Part shown: one piece after another, positions 20,002 through 30,587 of the stretch
How the letters are laid out: the number at the start of each line of letters is the position of its first letter
Numbering within the stretch: position 1 is the first letter of the stretch
Made by a program: the position numbers and the translations under genes
Notes under the pieces: model-generated
What the model saw: only the letters and a program-made list of their open reading frames with translations
The model's database searches: none
What the model was told of the DNA's origin: nothing
DNA from: Nostoc sp. DedSLP01
GTDB lineage: Bacteria > Cyanobacteriota > Cyanobacteriia > Cyanobacteriales > Nostocaceae
Assembly (NCBI GenBank): GCA_034530875.2
Contig: JAVRCJ020000002.1
Location: 342,840 to 406,839 of the forward strand
Direction: 5' to 3'
Length of the DNA stretch: 64,000 nt

Positions 20002-20841
20002 ATGGTAAATATCGGCTATCACACTGCTAAAATGCAGGGTAAATTTAATCGTTCTTTATATAAAGCAGCGCTTTCTCAGATTGTCAGCATCCCGATAAAA
20101 CAAACTCGGCAAGCACCGATAAGTGTATATGCCTTATCATGCGAACGGGATTTGCCAGAACAAGTGGCAAGTATTCGGTCATTTATCCGTCATGTCGGCG
20201 TTCCAAATACATTTACAGTAGTTTCTGATGGTAGTTACACAGAATCTAGTTGTAATTTACTCTGCCGCATTCATCCTTGCGTTGAGGTAGTACTTTTACA
20301 AAACTTCGTGAAACCAGATTTACCTCAATGCGTTCTTGATTATGCACAATTGCATCCAATGGGGAGAAAATTATCGGCATTAATGTCAATTCCTGTTAAT
20401 GGAACTACAATTTACACCGATTCAGATATTTTGTTTTTTGCTGGTGGCATAGATTTAATTGATTTAAGTAAATCAGACAACAAATACTCTCTTTATCTCC
20501 CTGATTGTTCGATGTCACTAGACGCACGAATTATCTATGATGATTCTGAAAAGTTAAATCCTGTAAATGGTGGATTTATTTTATTTAGACATGAATTTGA
20601 CTGGAGTTTTGCTATTAAACGTTTAGCAAATCTTCCAGAACATCCTAGTTATTTTACCGAACAAACAATTGTACATCTGACAATGCACCACAATCATGGT
20701 CAGCCTCTCGATTCAAAAAAATATGTTCTTCATGTAGAAGACCAGTTCATTTATCCCGATAAATCTGCAAGTAAAGACATTGCTCTCAGGCATTATGTTA
20801 GCGATGTCAGACACAAGTTTTGGTTTAATGTTGGTAGATAA
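20002..20841 (+). CDS. Putative GT-A fold glycosyltransferase
   Basis: SIRSF, YTDSDILF (DxD), VNGGF, TEQT, RHY; inside the hep cluster. Confidence 0.65.
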   Translation: MVNIGYHTAKMQGKFNRSLYKAALSQIVSIPIKQTRQAPISVYALSCERDLPEQVASIRSFIRHVGVPNTFTVVSDGSYTESSCNLLCRIHPCVEVVLLQNFVKPDLPQCVLDYAQLHPMGRKLSALMSIPVNGTTIYTDSDILFFAGGIDLIDLSKSDNKYSLYLPDCSMSLDARIIYDDSEKLNPVNGGFILFRHEFDWSFAIKRLANLPEHPSYFTEQTIVHLTMHHNHGQPLDSKKYVLHVEDQFIYPDKSASKDIALRHYVSDVRHKFWFNVGR

Positions 20842-20901
20842 GCTAACGAACTTAAGTCTATATAGATACAAGCACTAAAACTAGTAATAACGCAGTAATT
20901 A

Positions 20902-22098
20902 ATGCCTAAAATAATTAATAATTTCCAGCAAAAAGCTAAACAATTACACGGGGAAAAGTTTGCAGAAGACCTGATTTATCAATGCTCAAATTTTGAGGTA
21001 GGTGAGGGTGGAGGTGTTGAAACTTATTTGGCTTCACTATTTGAACATCGTTCGTCTGATATTAGCGATCGCGTAATTAAATCCCTCAAGAATATTGACC
21101 AGAGTCAGTTCAAATTATTGCACCTCCACAGTCCAGATTTACTATTACAGCTTACAGGTGAATGCCCGGTAATCTTCAGCGTTCATAATCACTCACTGTA
21201 TTGTCCTAGCGGTACGAAGTATTTAGCTGGAGAGCAGAAAATCTGCGATCGCAACTTTTCTTACTTGGGATGTACCCGGGGTAAATTAGTCAATAAATGT
21301 GGTAGCCGTAAACCCTTAAGGACTATCAGAGAAATTCAAGCTACTCAGCAATTTGTAGATGTCTTAAAAAAGATAAAAATTACTTTTATTGCCAATAGCG
21401 AGTATGTCCGTCAACAGTTAATTAAAAACGGCATCCCAGCCGAACAAACTGTAACAGTACACTGTGGAATTTCTCTACCACAGACACCAACTGCACCTCT
21501 AAGTTTACAAGTCCATCAAAATCAAAGAATTTTGTTTGTTGGTCGAATTGTTTCTGATAAAGGTCTGGAATGGTTGATTAAAACCTTAATACATACAGAC
21601 CCGAAAATTCAACTTGATATTGCAGGTGAAGGCTGGGAAAGACCGCGCTTAGAAAAGTTAGCAGATACCTTGGGATTGAAGCACCGTATTACTTGGCATG
21701 GTTGGTGCGATCGCCATAAGATAGATGAACTTTATCAACAGTGTTTTGCAGTAATTTTTCCCAGCGTTTGGCCTGAACCTGCCGGTCTTGTAACCCTCGA
21801 AGCTTATGCTCGTTATCGTCCCGTAATTGGTAGTGCAGTGGGAGGAATTCCCGAACATTTACGCGATGGAGAAACGGGTATTCTTGTTCCTGGTAATGAT
21901 ATTAAAAAACTAGCGCAAGCCATTAACTATTTGTCTAGCGATTATCAAAAAAGCCTAGAGATGGGCAAACAAGGTCATGCTTTGTTGATGAGAGAATTTA
22001 CAATGAATTGCCATGTAAATAATCTGCGAACAATTTATGCAAAAACAATAGCTGAATTTGATTATTCAAAGGCAAAGTCTTATAGAAAAAATCAGTAA
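20902..22098 (+). CDS. Glycosyltransferase family 4
   Basis: ILFVGRIVSDKG, FPSVWPEPAGLVTLEA, GGIPE. Confidence 0.9.
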   Translation: MPKIINNFQQKAKQLHGEKFAEDLIYQCSNFEVGEGGGVETYLASLFEHRSSDISDRVIKSLKNIDQSQFKLLHLHSPDLLLQLTGECPVIFSVHNHSLYCPSGTKYLAGEQKICDRNFSYLGCTRGKLVNKCGSRKPLRTIREIQATQQFVDVLKKIKITFIANSEYVRQQLIKNGIPAEQTVTVHCGISLPQTPTAPLSLQVHQNQRILFVGRIVSDKGLEWLIKTLIHTDPKIQLDIAGEGWERPRLEKLADTLGLKHRITWHGWCDRHKIDELYQQCFAVIFPSVWPEPAGLVTLEAYARYRPVIGSAVGGIPEHLRDGETGILVPGNDIKKLAQAINYLSSDYQKSLEMGKQGHALLMREFTMNCHVNNLRTIYAKTIAEFDYSKAKSYRKNQ

Positions 22099-22114
22099 AT
22101 AAAGACAAAAAAAT

Positions 22115-23098
22115 ATGTCATTGCATCAACAACCATTAGTCAGCGTTATTATTCCGACTTATAATCGACCAGATTATCTTAAACAAGCGATCGCCAGCGC
22201 TGTCGAACAAACTTATCAAAATATTGAAATTATTGTTTCTGATAATTGCAGCTCAGAAAATCCTCAAGCCATTGTCGAATTTTTTAACGATTCGCGCATT
22301 CGATTTTGGCGACACGAGCAAAATATCGGTATGCTTGCTAATCAGCAACACGCCTTTAAAATGGCGCAAGGTAAATATCTTGCTAGCCTTCATGACGATG
22401 ATATGTGGAATCAAGACTTTTTAGCAAAGCTTGTACCACCATTAGAAGAAAATTCTGACTTAATTCTCGCTTTTTGCGACCAATATATCATTGATGCAAA
22501 TAGCATAATTAATTACCCTGGAACTGAAGAAAATACACGCGGTTTCAAGCGCGACAAACTAACGCCAGGAATTCATCAACCTTTCTCTAAAATTGGATTG
22601 ATAGATAAAAGTATACCCACTGCTGCATCTTGTGTAATTCGCAATAACTTGATTGATTGGGATAGTATTCCCCCAGAAGTTGCAGGAATGTGGGATTTAT
22701 ATTTAACTTACCTCTGCTGTATATCTGGTCGTGGTGCTTATTACTATCCAGAAAGATTGACCCGATATCGCGCCCACGAACAAACTGATACTATGCTTAG
22801 TGGTAGCCGAGACGTACAAGCAAAAATTCGCAAAGCCAAAAGCGAAATGTTTTGCTATCAAGTCTTTATGCAAGACACTCGCCTACAAGAATTTAAGACG
22901 TACTTTCAACAAAAATGGTTAGAAGCAAATACCACATTGGGAATTGGTTTACTACGAAGCGAACAAATAGCCGCAGCACGTCCTTATTTTTGGCAAGCAT
23001 TGAAAAAACAAAAATTTAATCTGCGGACTCTAGTTGCCCTCACTCTCAGTTTCACACCGCGATTTTTCGCAAATAAATTAATCGCATTATCCAAATAA
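22115..23098 (+). CDS. Glycosyltransferase family 2
   Basis: PLVSVIIPTYNR, VSDNCS, LHDDD. Confidence 0.9.
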   Translation: MSLHQQPLVSVIIPTYNRPDYLKQAIASAVEQTYQNIEIIVSDNCSSENPQAIVEFFNDSRIRFWRHEQNIGMLANQQHAFKMAQGKYLASLHDDDMWNQDFLAKLVPPLEENSDLILAFCDQYIIDANSIINYPGTEENTRGFKRDKLTPGIHQPFSKIGLIDKSIPTAASCVIRNNLIDWDSIPPEVAGMWDLYLTYLCCISGRGAYYYPERLTRYRAHEQTDTMLSGSRDVQAKIRKAKSEMFCYQVFMQDTRLQEFKTYFQQKWLEANTTLGIGLLRSEQIAAARPYFWQALKKQKFNLRTLVALTLSFTPRFFANKLIALSK

Positions 23099-23202
23099 TC
23101 GTATTTAAGACGCGATTCATCGCGTCTCTACAAGAATAACTGCAAAAAAACTCTCCTCCTCTCTCTGCGCCTCTGCGTGACTTTTCCTAAATAAACCAAT
23201 GT

Positions 23203-24405
23203 ATGAAACTTTGTATTATCACCCATAAAATCAAAAAAGGCGACGGTCAAGGCCGAGTCAACTACGAAGTTGCAAAAGAAGCTATCCGTCGCGGTCATCA
23301 CCTAACATTATTAGCAAGTGAAATCGCCCCAGAACTAGAACAAAACACTCAAGTTAATTGGATTAAAATCCCAGTCAAAGGCTACCCCACCGAATTTTTA
23401 CGTAATTTCATCTTTGCTCAAAAAAGCGCAAATTGGTTACATCAAAATCGTGCAAACATTGATTTAGTTAAAATCAATGGCGCAATTAATATGGCTGCTG
23501 CTGATGTGAATGCCGTACATTTTGTGCATAGTTCGTGGTTGCGATCGCCAGCTCATATTTCCCGCAATCGCCGAGATTTATATGGTTTATATCAGTGGCT
23601 ATTTACTGCTTTTAATGCACGTTCGGAAAAACAAGCTTTTCAAAAAGCTAACGTAGTGGTAGCAGTATCCGAAAAGGTAGCCCAGGAATTAATTAATATT
23701 GGTGTACCCCGTTCTCGCATTCGCGTAATTGTTAATGGAGTAGACCTAGAAGAATTTACTCCTGGTAAAAGCAATCGCCAACAATTAGGTTTACCAGAAA
23801 ATGTCACCCTGGCACTCTTCGCCGGAGACATCCGCACGCCAAGGAAGAACTTAGATACAGTTCTACACGCCTTAACCAAAGTTCCCGATCTACATCTAGT
23901 AGTAGTAGGTCACATCGAAGGTAGTCCCTTCCCCCAATTAGCCGCCTCCTTGGGGTTAAAAGAACGCGTGCATTTTGTCGGATTTCGCCGCGATATCGCT
24001 GAAATTATGCGGGCAGTAGATTTATTTGTTTTTCCTTCCCGATACGAAGCTTGCACCCTCGTATTGTTAGAAGCGCTTGCTTCAGGATTGCCTGTAATTA
24101 CTGCCACAGCTACCGGGGGTGCAGAGTTAGTAACACCAGAATGCGGCATCGTCTTACCCGACTCAGATGATATCGATGCATTGACAACGGCATTGATATC
24201 TTTAACGAGCGAACAATCGCTAATGCAACAAATGGGTCAAGCTGCTCGTTCTGTGGCAGAACAACACAGCTGGACTACTATGGCACAAACTTATGTGGAT
24301 CTATTCGAGGAGTTAAGCAAGAATGCTCAACACCGTTCTCATACCGACTTATCGCCGTCCACAAGACCTATCACGCTGCCTTTTGGCGCTACAGGAGCAA
24401 ACTAA
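23203..24405 (+). CDS. Glycosyltransferase family 4
   Basis: NGVDLEEF, RKNLD, FPSRYEACTLVLLEALASGLPVI; overlaps the next gene by 83 nt. Confidence 0.9.
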   Translation: MKLCIITHKIKKGDGQGRVNYEVAKEAIRRGHHLTLLASEIAPELEQNTQVNWIKIPVKGYPTEFLRNFIFAQKSANWLHQNRANIDLVKINGAINMAAADVNAVHFVHSSWLRSPAHISRNRRDLYGLYQWLFTAFNARSEKQAFQKANVVVAVSEKVAQELINIGVPRSRIRVIVNGVDLEEFTPGKSNRQQLGLPENVTLALFAGDIRTPRKNLDTVLHALTKVPDLHLVVVGHIEGSPFPQLAASLGLKERVHFVGFRRDIAEIMRAVDLFVFPSRYEACTLVLLEALASGLPVITATATGGAELVTPECGIVLPDSDDIDALTTALISLTSEQSLMQQMGQAARSVAEQHSWTTMAQTYVDLFEELSKNAQHRSHTDLSPSTRPITLPFGATGAN

Positions 24406-25264
24406 ACCAGCCCATCAGGTAATAGTAGTTGTTCGGGATACGGATGCAGAAACTTGGGAATTTCTCGCCCAATTTAAAGCAGACAAGCTGCCACTACAAA
24501 CTGTGCAAGTCACGCAAACCGGGGTAGTCGCAGCCCTGAACGCCGGATTAGCACAAGTGAAGGGCGATATTGTTTCTATTACTGATGATGATGCTGCACC
24601 GCATCCTGATTGGTTAGAGCGCATCGCTGCTTACTTTGCCCGCGACAGTCGCCTTGGCGGTCTTGGCGGACGTGATTGGATACATCACGGCAACAAATTA
24701 GAAGACGAATCCCGCCTGATAGTTGGTCGATTGCAATGGTTTGGACGCGTGATTGGCAACCATCATCTGGGAGTAGGAGAACCCCGCGAGGTCGATGTTC
24801 TCAAGGGCGTAAACATGAGTTTTCGCAAAGAAGCAATAGGGGAATTGCGCTTTGACGAACGGATGCGGGGTACAGGAGCGCAAGTACATTTTGAAATGGC
24901 GTTCGTGCTGACATTAAAGCGAGCTGGTTGGAAGATAGTTTACGACCCTAGCATTGCTGTAGAACATTACCCAGCACAACGTTTTGATGAAGATCGGCGA
25001 AACAGCTTTAATGAAATTGCCTTGATTAATTTAGTTCATAATGAAACCTTAGTTTTATTAGAACATTTGTCATCTATCCGCAGGATTGTATTTTTATTCT
25101 GGGCAATATTAGTGGGAAGCTGCGATAGTTTTGGCTTAATACAATGGCTGAGATTTCTACCCAGTCAAGGAGACTTGGCAAGTAAAAAGTTGTTGGCATC
25201 TTGGCGCGGACGTTGGGAAGGATATAAATCAATTCAAAATTCAAAATTCAAAATTCAAAATTGA
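24323..25264 (+). CDS. Glycosyltransferase family 2
   Basis: VLIPTYRR, ITDDD, LKGVNMSFR. Confidence 0.9.
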   Translation: MLNTVLIPTYRRPQDLSRCLLALQEQTKPAHQVIVVVRDTDAETWEFLAQFKADKLPLQTVQVTQTGVVAALNAGLAQVKGDIVSITDDDAAPHPDWLERIAAYFARDSRLGGLGGRDWIHHGNKLEDESRLIVGRLQWFGRVIGNHHLGVGEPREVDVLKGVNMSFRKEAIGELRFDERMRGTGAQVHFEMAFVLTLKRAGWKIVYDPSIAVEHYPAQRFDEDRRNSFNEIALINLVHNETLVLLEHLSSIRRIVFLFWAILVGSCDSFGLIQWLRFLPSQGDLASKKLLASWRGRWEGYKSIQNSKFKIQN

Positions 25265-26692
25265 ATGATTTCTAAGCAGATACTTTATAATAGTTTTTCG
25301 CAAGAAAACTATTCTCCTGAGGAGCGATCGCTAGAGGGTTGGATGGCGATCGCAGGCTTTCTCTTATTAACTGTAGTTTGCTATTTTGCTGGTGCTACTG
25401 CGGCATTGCGCCTTATTTATCCAGTGACAGCTTTAGTAGTAGCTGTATTTTTATACTTACGCCATCCTATTCTTTATATCGGCTTTACTTGGTGGATATG
25501 CTTTCTTACACCCTTAGCTACCCGCTTAGTTGATTATCGAGTCGGATGGGATCCTACCCGTCAAATGCTGATAGCACCATACCTAGTGGTGTTTGTCACT
25601 ATAGCAACTTTTTTGCGACGTTTTAGAGGCGCTTTTTATCAGGGGGGTTTGCCATTTATTTTGGCTTTTATCGGAGTCTTTTACGGCTTTTTAGTAGGTT
25701 TAATTTACAACGCACCAGTTCCAGTAGCACGCGGTTTATTAGATTGGCTAGGCCCAGTTATTTTTGCTTTTCACTTATTTATTAACTGGCGAGATTATCC
25801 TATCTATCGCCAAAATCTTCAGCGAACATTCCTCTGGTGCGTGTTAATTTTAGGAGCTTATGGCGTATATCAATTCGTTGTTGCTCCTGAATGGGATAGA
25901 TACTGGCTCATACAATCAAAACTATTCATGAGTTCTGGAAATCCCGTACCTTTTGGTATGCGCGTCTGGAGTACATTGCACTCAGTCGGCCCCTTTGGTT
26001 CCGTAATGCAAGCTGGACTATTGTTATTATTTACTAGCTCTGGAAGTTTAATTTTTCCTGCCTCAGCCGTTGGTTATTTATCCTTTTTATTGACACAAGC
26101 GCGTACAAATTGGGGCGGTTGGTTATTAGGAATAATTATGATTGTGGGTTCAGTTAAAACCCGGATTCAAATGCGCTTAATAACTATAATTGTGGTCATG
26201 GCAATTTGTGTTGTGCCATTAACAACCATTCAACCAATTTCTCAGGTTATATCAGAGCGTTTGCAAACTTTCTCTAATCTGGAAGAAGATAACAGTTTTA
26301 GAGATAGGTCAGAAAGTTACGACAAAAACCTGAGTTTAGCTCTTTCTAATGCTTTAGGTAACGGATTAGGAAATATCTGGAAAGTCAATGAAAAAACTGG
26401 ACAAATCGAAGTAATTGTAATTGATAGTGGGATTCTAGATATGTTTTTTACCCTTGGTTGGTTTGGAGCCAGCTTTTATATGGGTGGATTAATTTTGTTA
26501 ATTGTTAGTGTTAGTAAATATGGTGAGGGTCGTTTTGATAGTTTTATCAGCGCTGCCCGCGCCATTGGGATTAGTTCTGCGACACAACTAGTTATTGGTA
26601 GTGGCATGTTGAGCGTAGCAGGTATGATTCTTTGGGGATTTTTAGCTATGGCTATGGCAGGGCATAAGTATTATTTGCACCAACAAAAATAA
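25265..26692 (+). CDS. Multi-pass membrane protein, O-antigen ligase / Wzy polymerase-like
   Basis: Many TM helices; LLTQARTNW, RLQTFSNL..D.S..DR, GNGLG, DSGILDMFFTLGWFG. Confidence 0.75.
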   Translation: MISKQILYNSFSQENYSPEERSLEGWMAIAGFLLLTVVCYFAGATAALRLIYPVTALVVAVFLYLRHPILYIGFTWWICFLTPLATRLVDYRVGWDPTRQMLIAPYLVVFVTIATFLRRFRGAFYQGGLPFILAFIGVFYGFLVGLIYNAPVPVARGLLDWLGPVIFAFHLFINWRDYPIYRQNLQRTFLWCVLILGAYGVYQFVVAPEWDRYWLIQSKLFMSSGNPVPFGMRVWSTLHSVGPFGSVMQAGLLLLFTSSGSLIFPASAVGYLSFLLTQARTNWGGWLLGIIMIVGSVKTRIQMRLITIIVVMAICVVPLTTIQPISQVISERLQTFSNLEEDNSFRDRSESYDKNLSLALSNALGNGLGNIWKVNEKTGQIEVIVIDSGILDMFFTLGWFGASFYMGGLILLIVSVSKYGEGRFDSFISAARAIGISSATQLVIGSGMLSVAGMILWGFLAMAMAGHKYYLHQQK

Positions 26693-26730
26693 AATTTCAG
26701 ACAAACACCTTTAGAGAAGAGGTTGAAATT

Positions 26731-27852
26731 ATGAAAGTAATTATTGTAATGCCACTAGCCGAACAACGAGGCGGCGGTGAAATGATGCTTTGGGATTTGA
26801 TGCAGCAAGGACGTAATGCTGGCATCAAGTGGCTAGTAATATTTTTAGAAAACGGCCCGATGGTAGAACAAGTAAAGTCCCTCGGCATTGAGACGCAAGT
26901 TGTGGAAATTGGACGTTTACGCCAAATCCACCGTTTTATTGCTGCCGTTTTGCGGATAGCTGCGATCGCCCGTGAGGAAAGTGCAGATATAATTGTCAAT
27001 TGGATGTGGATAACGCACATATCCGGAGGCTTGGCAGCGATGTTGGCGGGGTTACCTGCTGTGTGGTATCAGCTAGAAGTGCCCAGCGATAAAACTTGGT
27101 TAGTACGACTTGCTACTTTAATTCCAGCGCAGGCAATTATTACTCTCTCCCAAGATGGCAAGCAAGCACAAGCCGAAATTTGGCCGCACAGACCAACACC
27201 TTTGGTCTATCCTGGCGTAGCACTAGACCGATTTCAACCTGATGCTTTACCTTCTCCTCAACAAGCACGGCGAAAGTTAGGCTTACCTTTGCACGGGCCG
27301 TTGATTGGAATTGTCGGCAGATTGCAACGATGGAAGGGAATGCATGTATTGGTACAAGCTATGCCCAAAATTTTACAGCAGTATCCCGACGCCCATTGTG
27401 TAATAGTTGGCGGGAAACACGATTTGGAACCAGATTATGAAGACTTTTTAAAAGCAGAAATCGCCGCTTTAGGCTTGAAAGAGCAAGTAATTATGACTGG
27501 GTTACAGCGGAATATTCCAGAGTGGGTACAGGCGATGGATGTATTTGTCCATGCATCCGATAAAGAACCATTTGGTATTGTGATTATTGAAGCGATGGCT
27601 TTGGGAAAACCTGTAATTGCTGGCGATGCAGGCGGGCCGACAGAGATTATTACAGATGGAATTAATGGACTATTAACACCTTACGGCGATGCGGATAAAT
27701 TAGCGATCGCTATTCTCCGTTATCTTGACGAGCAAGAATTTGCCCAAAGTGCGGGAGCCGCTGCACGGCAACGCGCTCTCGACTTTTCAACATATAATTA
27801 TGCTCAAAACTTTATCAACACCGTTCGTTCTGTAATACCAAGCGTTTCCTAG
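26731..27852 (+). CDS. Glycosyltransferase family 4
   Basis: GGGE, VGRLQRWKG, EPFGIVIIEAMALGKPVI. Confidence 0.9.
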   Translation: MKVIIVMPLAEQRGGGEMMLWDLMQQGRNAGIKWLVIFLENGPMVEQVKSLGIETQVVEIGRLRQIHRFIAAVLRIAAIAREESADIIVNWMWITHISGGLAAMLAGLPAVWYQLEVPSDKTWLVRLATLIPAQAIITLSQDGKQAQAEIWPHRPTPLVYPGVALDRFQPDALPSPQQARRKLGLPLHGPLIGIVGRLQRWKGMHVLVQAMPKILQQYPDAHCVIVGGKHDLEPDYEDFLKAEIAALGLKEQVIMTGLQRNIPEWVQAMDVFVHASDKEPFGIVIIEAMALGKPVIAGDAGGPTEIITDGINGLLTPYGDADKLAIAILRYLDEQEFAQSAGAAARQRALDFSTYNYAQNFINTVRSVIPSVS

Positions 27853-28061
27853 ATAGAAAACTGAATTTTATATATGGTTTCTTGCAACTTTCTGAAAGAC
27901 GTTTGGCCTTGAAATTTTTATGAATAATTAATTGTACGGTGTGTTACGCCATTTGGCTAACGCACCGTTTTTATAACATATATTGCTGCCTTATAGCTTT
28001 AGCCTAACGCACTGTACAATCTCAGTTTTTAACTTTTTGATAGCAGTGCGCTCGCAGTTAT

Positions 28062-28784
28062 CTAAATTGTATCGGGGTCGATATTTAACTCACGCAATTT
28101 TGCTGCTAAACGTTGCGCCTTTTGTTCTGCTTGTTCTGCCTTTTGTTCTACCTGTTCTAATTTTTGCTCTGTCTGTTCTACTGTTTCTTCAGGTGTTGGA
28201 ACTAGTTGTCTATCTGGTGTAAAAAACCGCAATAGTCCCTCATGAATTCCTAAATATAATCCTAACTGTTGACTCCACAAATATCCTTGTTCGTTTGCTT
28301 GCAGAGGTTGATATTTCCCATCTACTAAATGAAATCCTGCAAATTCTAATGTGTATGGGTCAAACCAAAAATAATCAGGGGTGCGGAAAGTATCTTGATA
28401 AATTTCTTTTTTTAAACCTCTATCTGTCTTTGCTGTTGAGTCTGACAAAATTTCTAGAATTAAATTTGGATATTTTCCATCTTCTTCCCACACTACCCAA
28501 CTCTTACGCGTTTGGCGTTGAGTTCCCAACACTACAAAAAAGTCTGGGCCTCGAAATAATTCTGATTTTAGTTGGCGCGGACTGTAGTAGATAGTCAAAT
28601 TTCCAGCTGCATAGAAATCATTTCTCTCTCGCCACAGCCATTCTAGACAGGTCAAAAGTAAAATTATTTGTCTCAGATGCAGTTCGGTTTCCAAGGGAGG
28701 CTCGTCACTATATAAATCGCTAGGAGGAAATATAACATCGCCAGGGATGCCTTCTTGAGATTCTAATTCTTGAGCTATGGTCAT
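28062..28784 (-). CDS. Uma2 (DUF820) family putative endonuclease
   Basis: SDEPPLETELH, GPDFFVV, PNLILEILSDST..DRGLKK..Y, YFWFDP; tail of (EQxEQKx)3 ending RLAAKLRELNIDP. Confidence 0.9.
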   Translation of the reverse strand: MTIAQELESQEGIPGDVIFPPSDLYSDEPPLETELHLRQIILLLTCLEWLWRERNDFYAAGNLTIYYSPRQLKSELFRGPDFFVVLGTQRQTRKSWVVWEEDGKYPNLILEILSDSTAKTDRGLKKEIYQDTFRTPDYFWFDPYTLEFAGFHLVDGKYQPLQANEQGYLWSQQLGLYLGIHEGLLRFFTPDRQLVPTPEETVEQTEQKLEQVEQKAEQAEQKAQRLAAKLRELNIDPDTI

Positions 28785-29294
28785 AGAATTGCTACGGCAT
28801 CAAATATTTCTGGATTTATTTTAGCAGTATTGTAGTTGGCGATCGCTACCATCCAGGTTGAATATTACCGAAGTCCTGGGGTTAAAGAATAATGCTAAAA
28901 CTCTAAAGTTGCTTAAAGTGACATTTAGCAATAGGCAAAATGAAGCAAAGTACACTAAAAATTTATTTTTATAAGTCAAAATTTTATTTTCTTTATTTGT
29001 TAAGTAACTTTCACTATTTTATATGTATAATCTATAATTTATTATTAATATATTAATGTATAATCTATCGTTACAAACTTATTTGTTATCCCCATTTAGG
29101 ACTTGTTTTTCGTTTATTATCTTAGCGATAAAGTATCTATTTTTAAAGCATAATATACTCTTTACCTAGTAATCATTTTTGGATGAGATTTTTGCAGCCC
29201 AATGGGTATAGTCGCTTCTAGACATTGAGTGAGATTTTACTACATAAATCATGAGGCATTATATGAATAGTTAGAACTCTTATGGCACTATCCA

Positions 29295-30587
29295 ATGTCT
29301 CAAGAACTATTAATTTCTTTTCAAGAAGCATATAGCAATCTCGAACTGTTCCCGTTAATGGAACAGAACGAAATGGAAAGATTTAGAGTCGAATATGGCG
29401 ATGATTTGATTGCAGACCTCAATCAATTAGTTGAAGACAGCCCCAATAAAGATGGCAAAATAGTCTTTACAGGACATCGGGGTTGTGGTAAGTCAACTTT
29501 GTTAGCTGAATTTAGCAGGCAAATTCAAAATAAGTATTTTGTAGTTCTATTTTCTATCGCTGATAAAATTGAAATGTCAGCAGTGAACCATATTAATATT
29601 CTTTTTGCCATTGCAGTCAATTTAATGGCAGAAGCAGAAGCACGCCGGATTGATATTCCTCAAAGTACTAAGGAAGCTCTTTATAAATGGTTTGCTACTC
29701 GGACTCGCACTGAAGAATTAAATTTACAAATAGAAGCTGAAATCGGTTTTGACCTACTCAAGTTAATTAGCTCTAAATTAAAAGCTGATGCTAGTGTCCG
29801 GGATGAAATTAAACAAGAGTTTGAACGTAAAATTTCAGATTTGGTCGCAAGAATTAACGAAATTGCTGCTTTGATTCAAGCCGCTACAAAACAAGATGTG
29901 TTAGTCATTATTGACGATTTAGATAAACTCGATTTAGGCAGAGTTAACGAAATTTATAAGGATAATATTAAAGCTCTTTGCCAACCAAATTTTCGCATTA
30001 TCTATACTATCCCCATTGCAGTTTTGCGAGAAACATTTATCAGCACAATCATTGCTACAGAAACTAACGACCAAATTGTGGCAATGCCTGTCCTCAAAAT
30101 ATTTGATAAAGGTAAAAACCGCCTTCCCAATGCTCAACCGCGTCCGGAAGCAACAAAGATTCTTGGTGAAGTTTTACGCAAGCGGATTGCTAGTGAATTA
30201 ATAGTACCAGAAACTGCGGAAAAGATTGTTATTTATAGTGGCGGTGTCTTGCGAGAGCTAATTCGCATTTCTAAGGAGTGTTGCCGTATTTGTTTGCGGA
30301 TGATTCGGCGAAATCCCAACGCACAAGTTATTATTAACGACCAAATTCTCACCCAAGCAATCAATAAAATTCGTAATGATTTTTCTATACGTTTAGGAAA
30401 AGTTGATATAGATATCTTGCAAACCGTTTATCAACAGTTTAAGCCTAACGACCCTAAACAACCTGAGTTTTTGGATTTACTACATGGTTTATACGTTCTA
30501 GAGTATCGTACTGAAGAAACGTGGTACGATGTTCATCCAATTATTATAGAAAGCTTGAAAATACAAGGAGCGATTAATGTTAAATGA
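29295..30587 (+). CDS. P-loop ATPase (STAND/KAP-like AAA+)
   Basis: Walker A GHRGCGKST, Walker B VIIDDLDK, SGGVLRELIR, C-terminal LLHGLYVLEY..WYDVHP. Confidence 0.85.
   Translation: MSQELLISFQEAYSNLELFPLMEQNEMERFRVEYGDDLIADLNQLVEDSPNKDGKIVFTGHRGCGKSTLLAEFSRQIQNKYFVVLFSIADKIEMSAVNHINILFAIAVNLMAEAEARRIDIPQSTKEALYKWFATRTRTEELNLQIEAEIGFDLLKLISSKLKADASVRDEIKQEFERKISDLVARINEIAALIQAATKQDVLVIIDDLDKLDLGRVNEIYKDNIKALCQPNFRIIYTIPIAVLRETFISTIIATETNDQIVAMPVLKIFDKGKNRLPNAQPRPEATKILGEVLRKRIASELIVPETAEKIVIYSGGVLRELIRISKECCRICLRMIRRNPNAQVIINDQILTQAINKIRNDFSIRLGKVDIDILQTVYQQFKPNDPKQPEFLDLLHGLYVLEYRTEETWYDVHPIIIESLKIQGAINVK

Noticed and set aside
24323..24405. 83-nt overlap between two glycosyltransferase genes as a frameshift
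   Set aside because: Both ORFs have complete domains and their own starts; the overlap is just a C-terminal tail.
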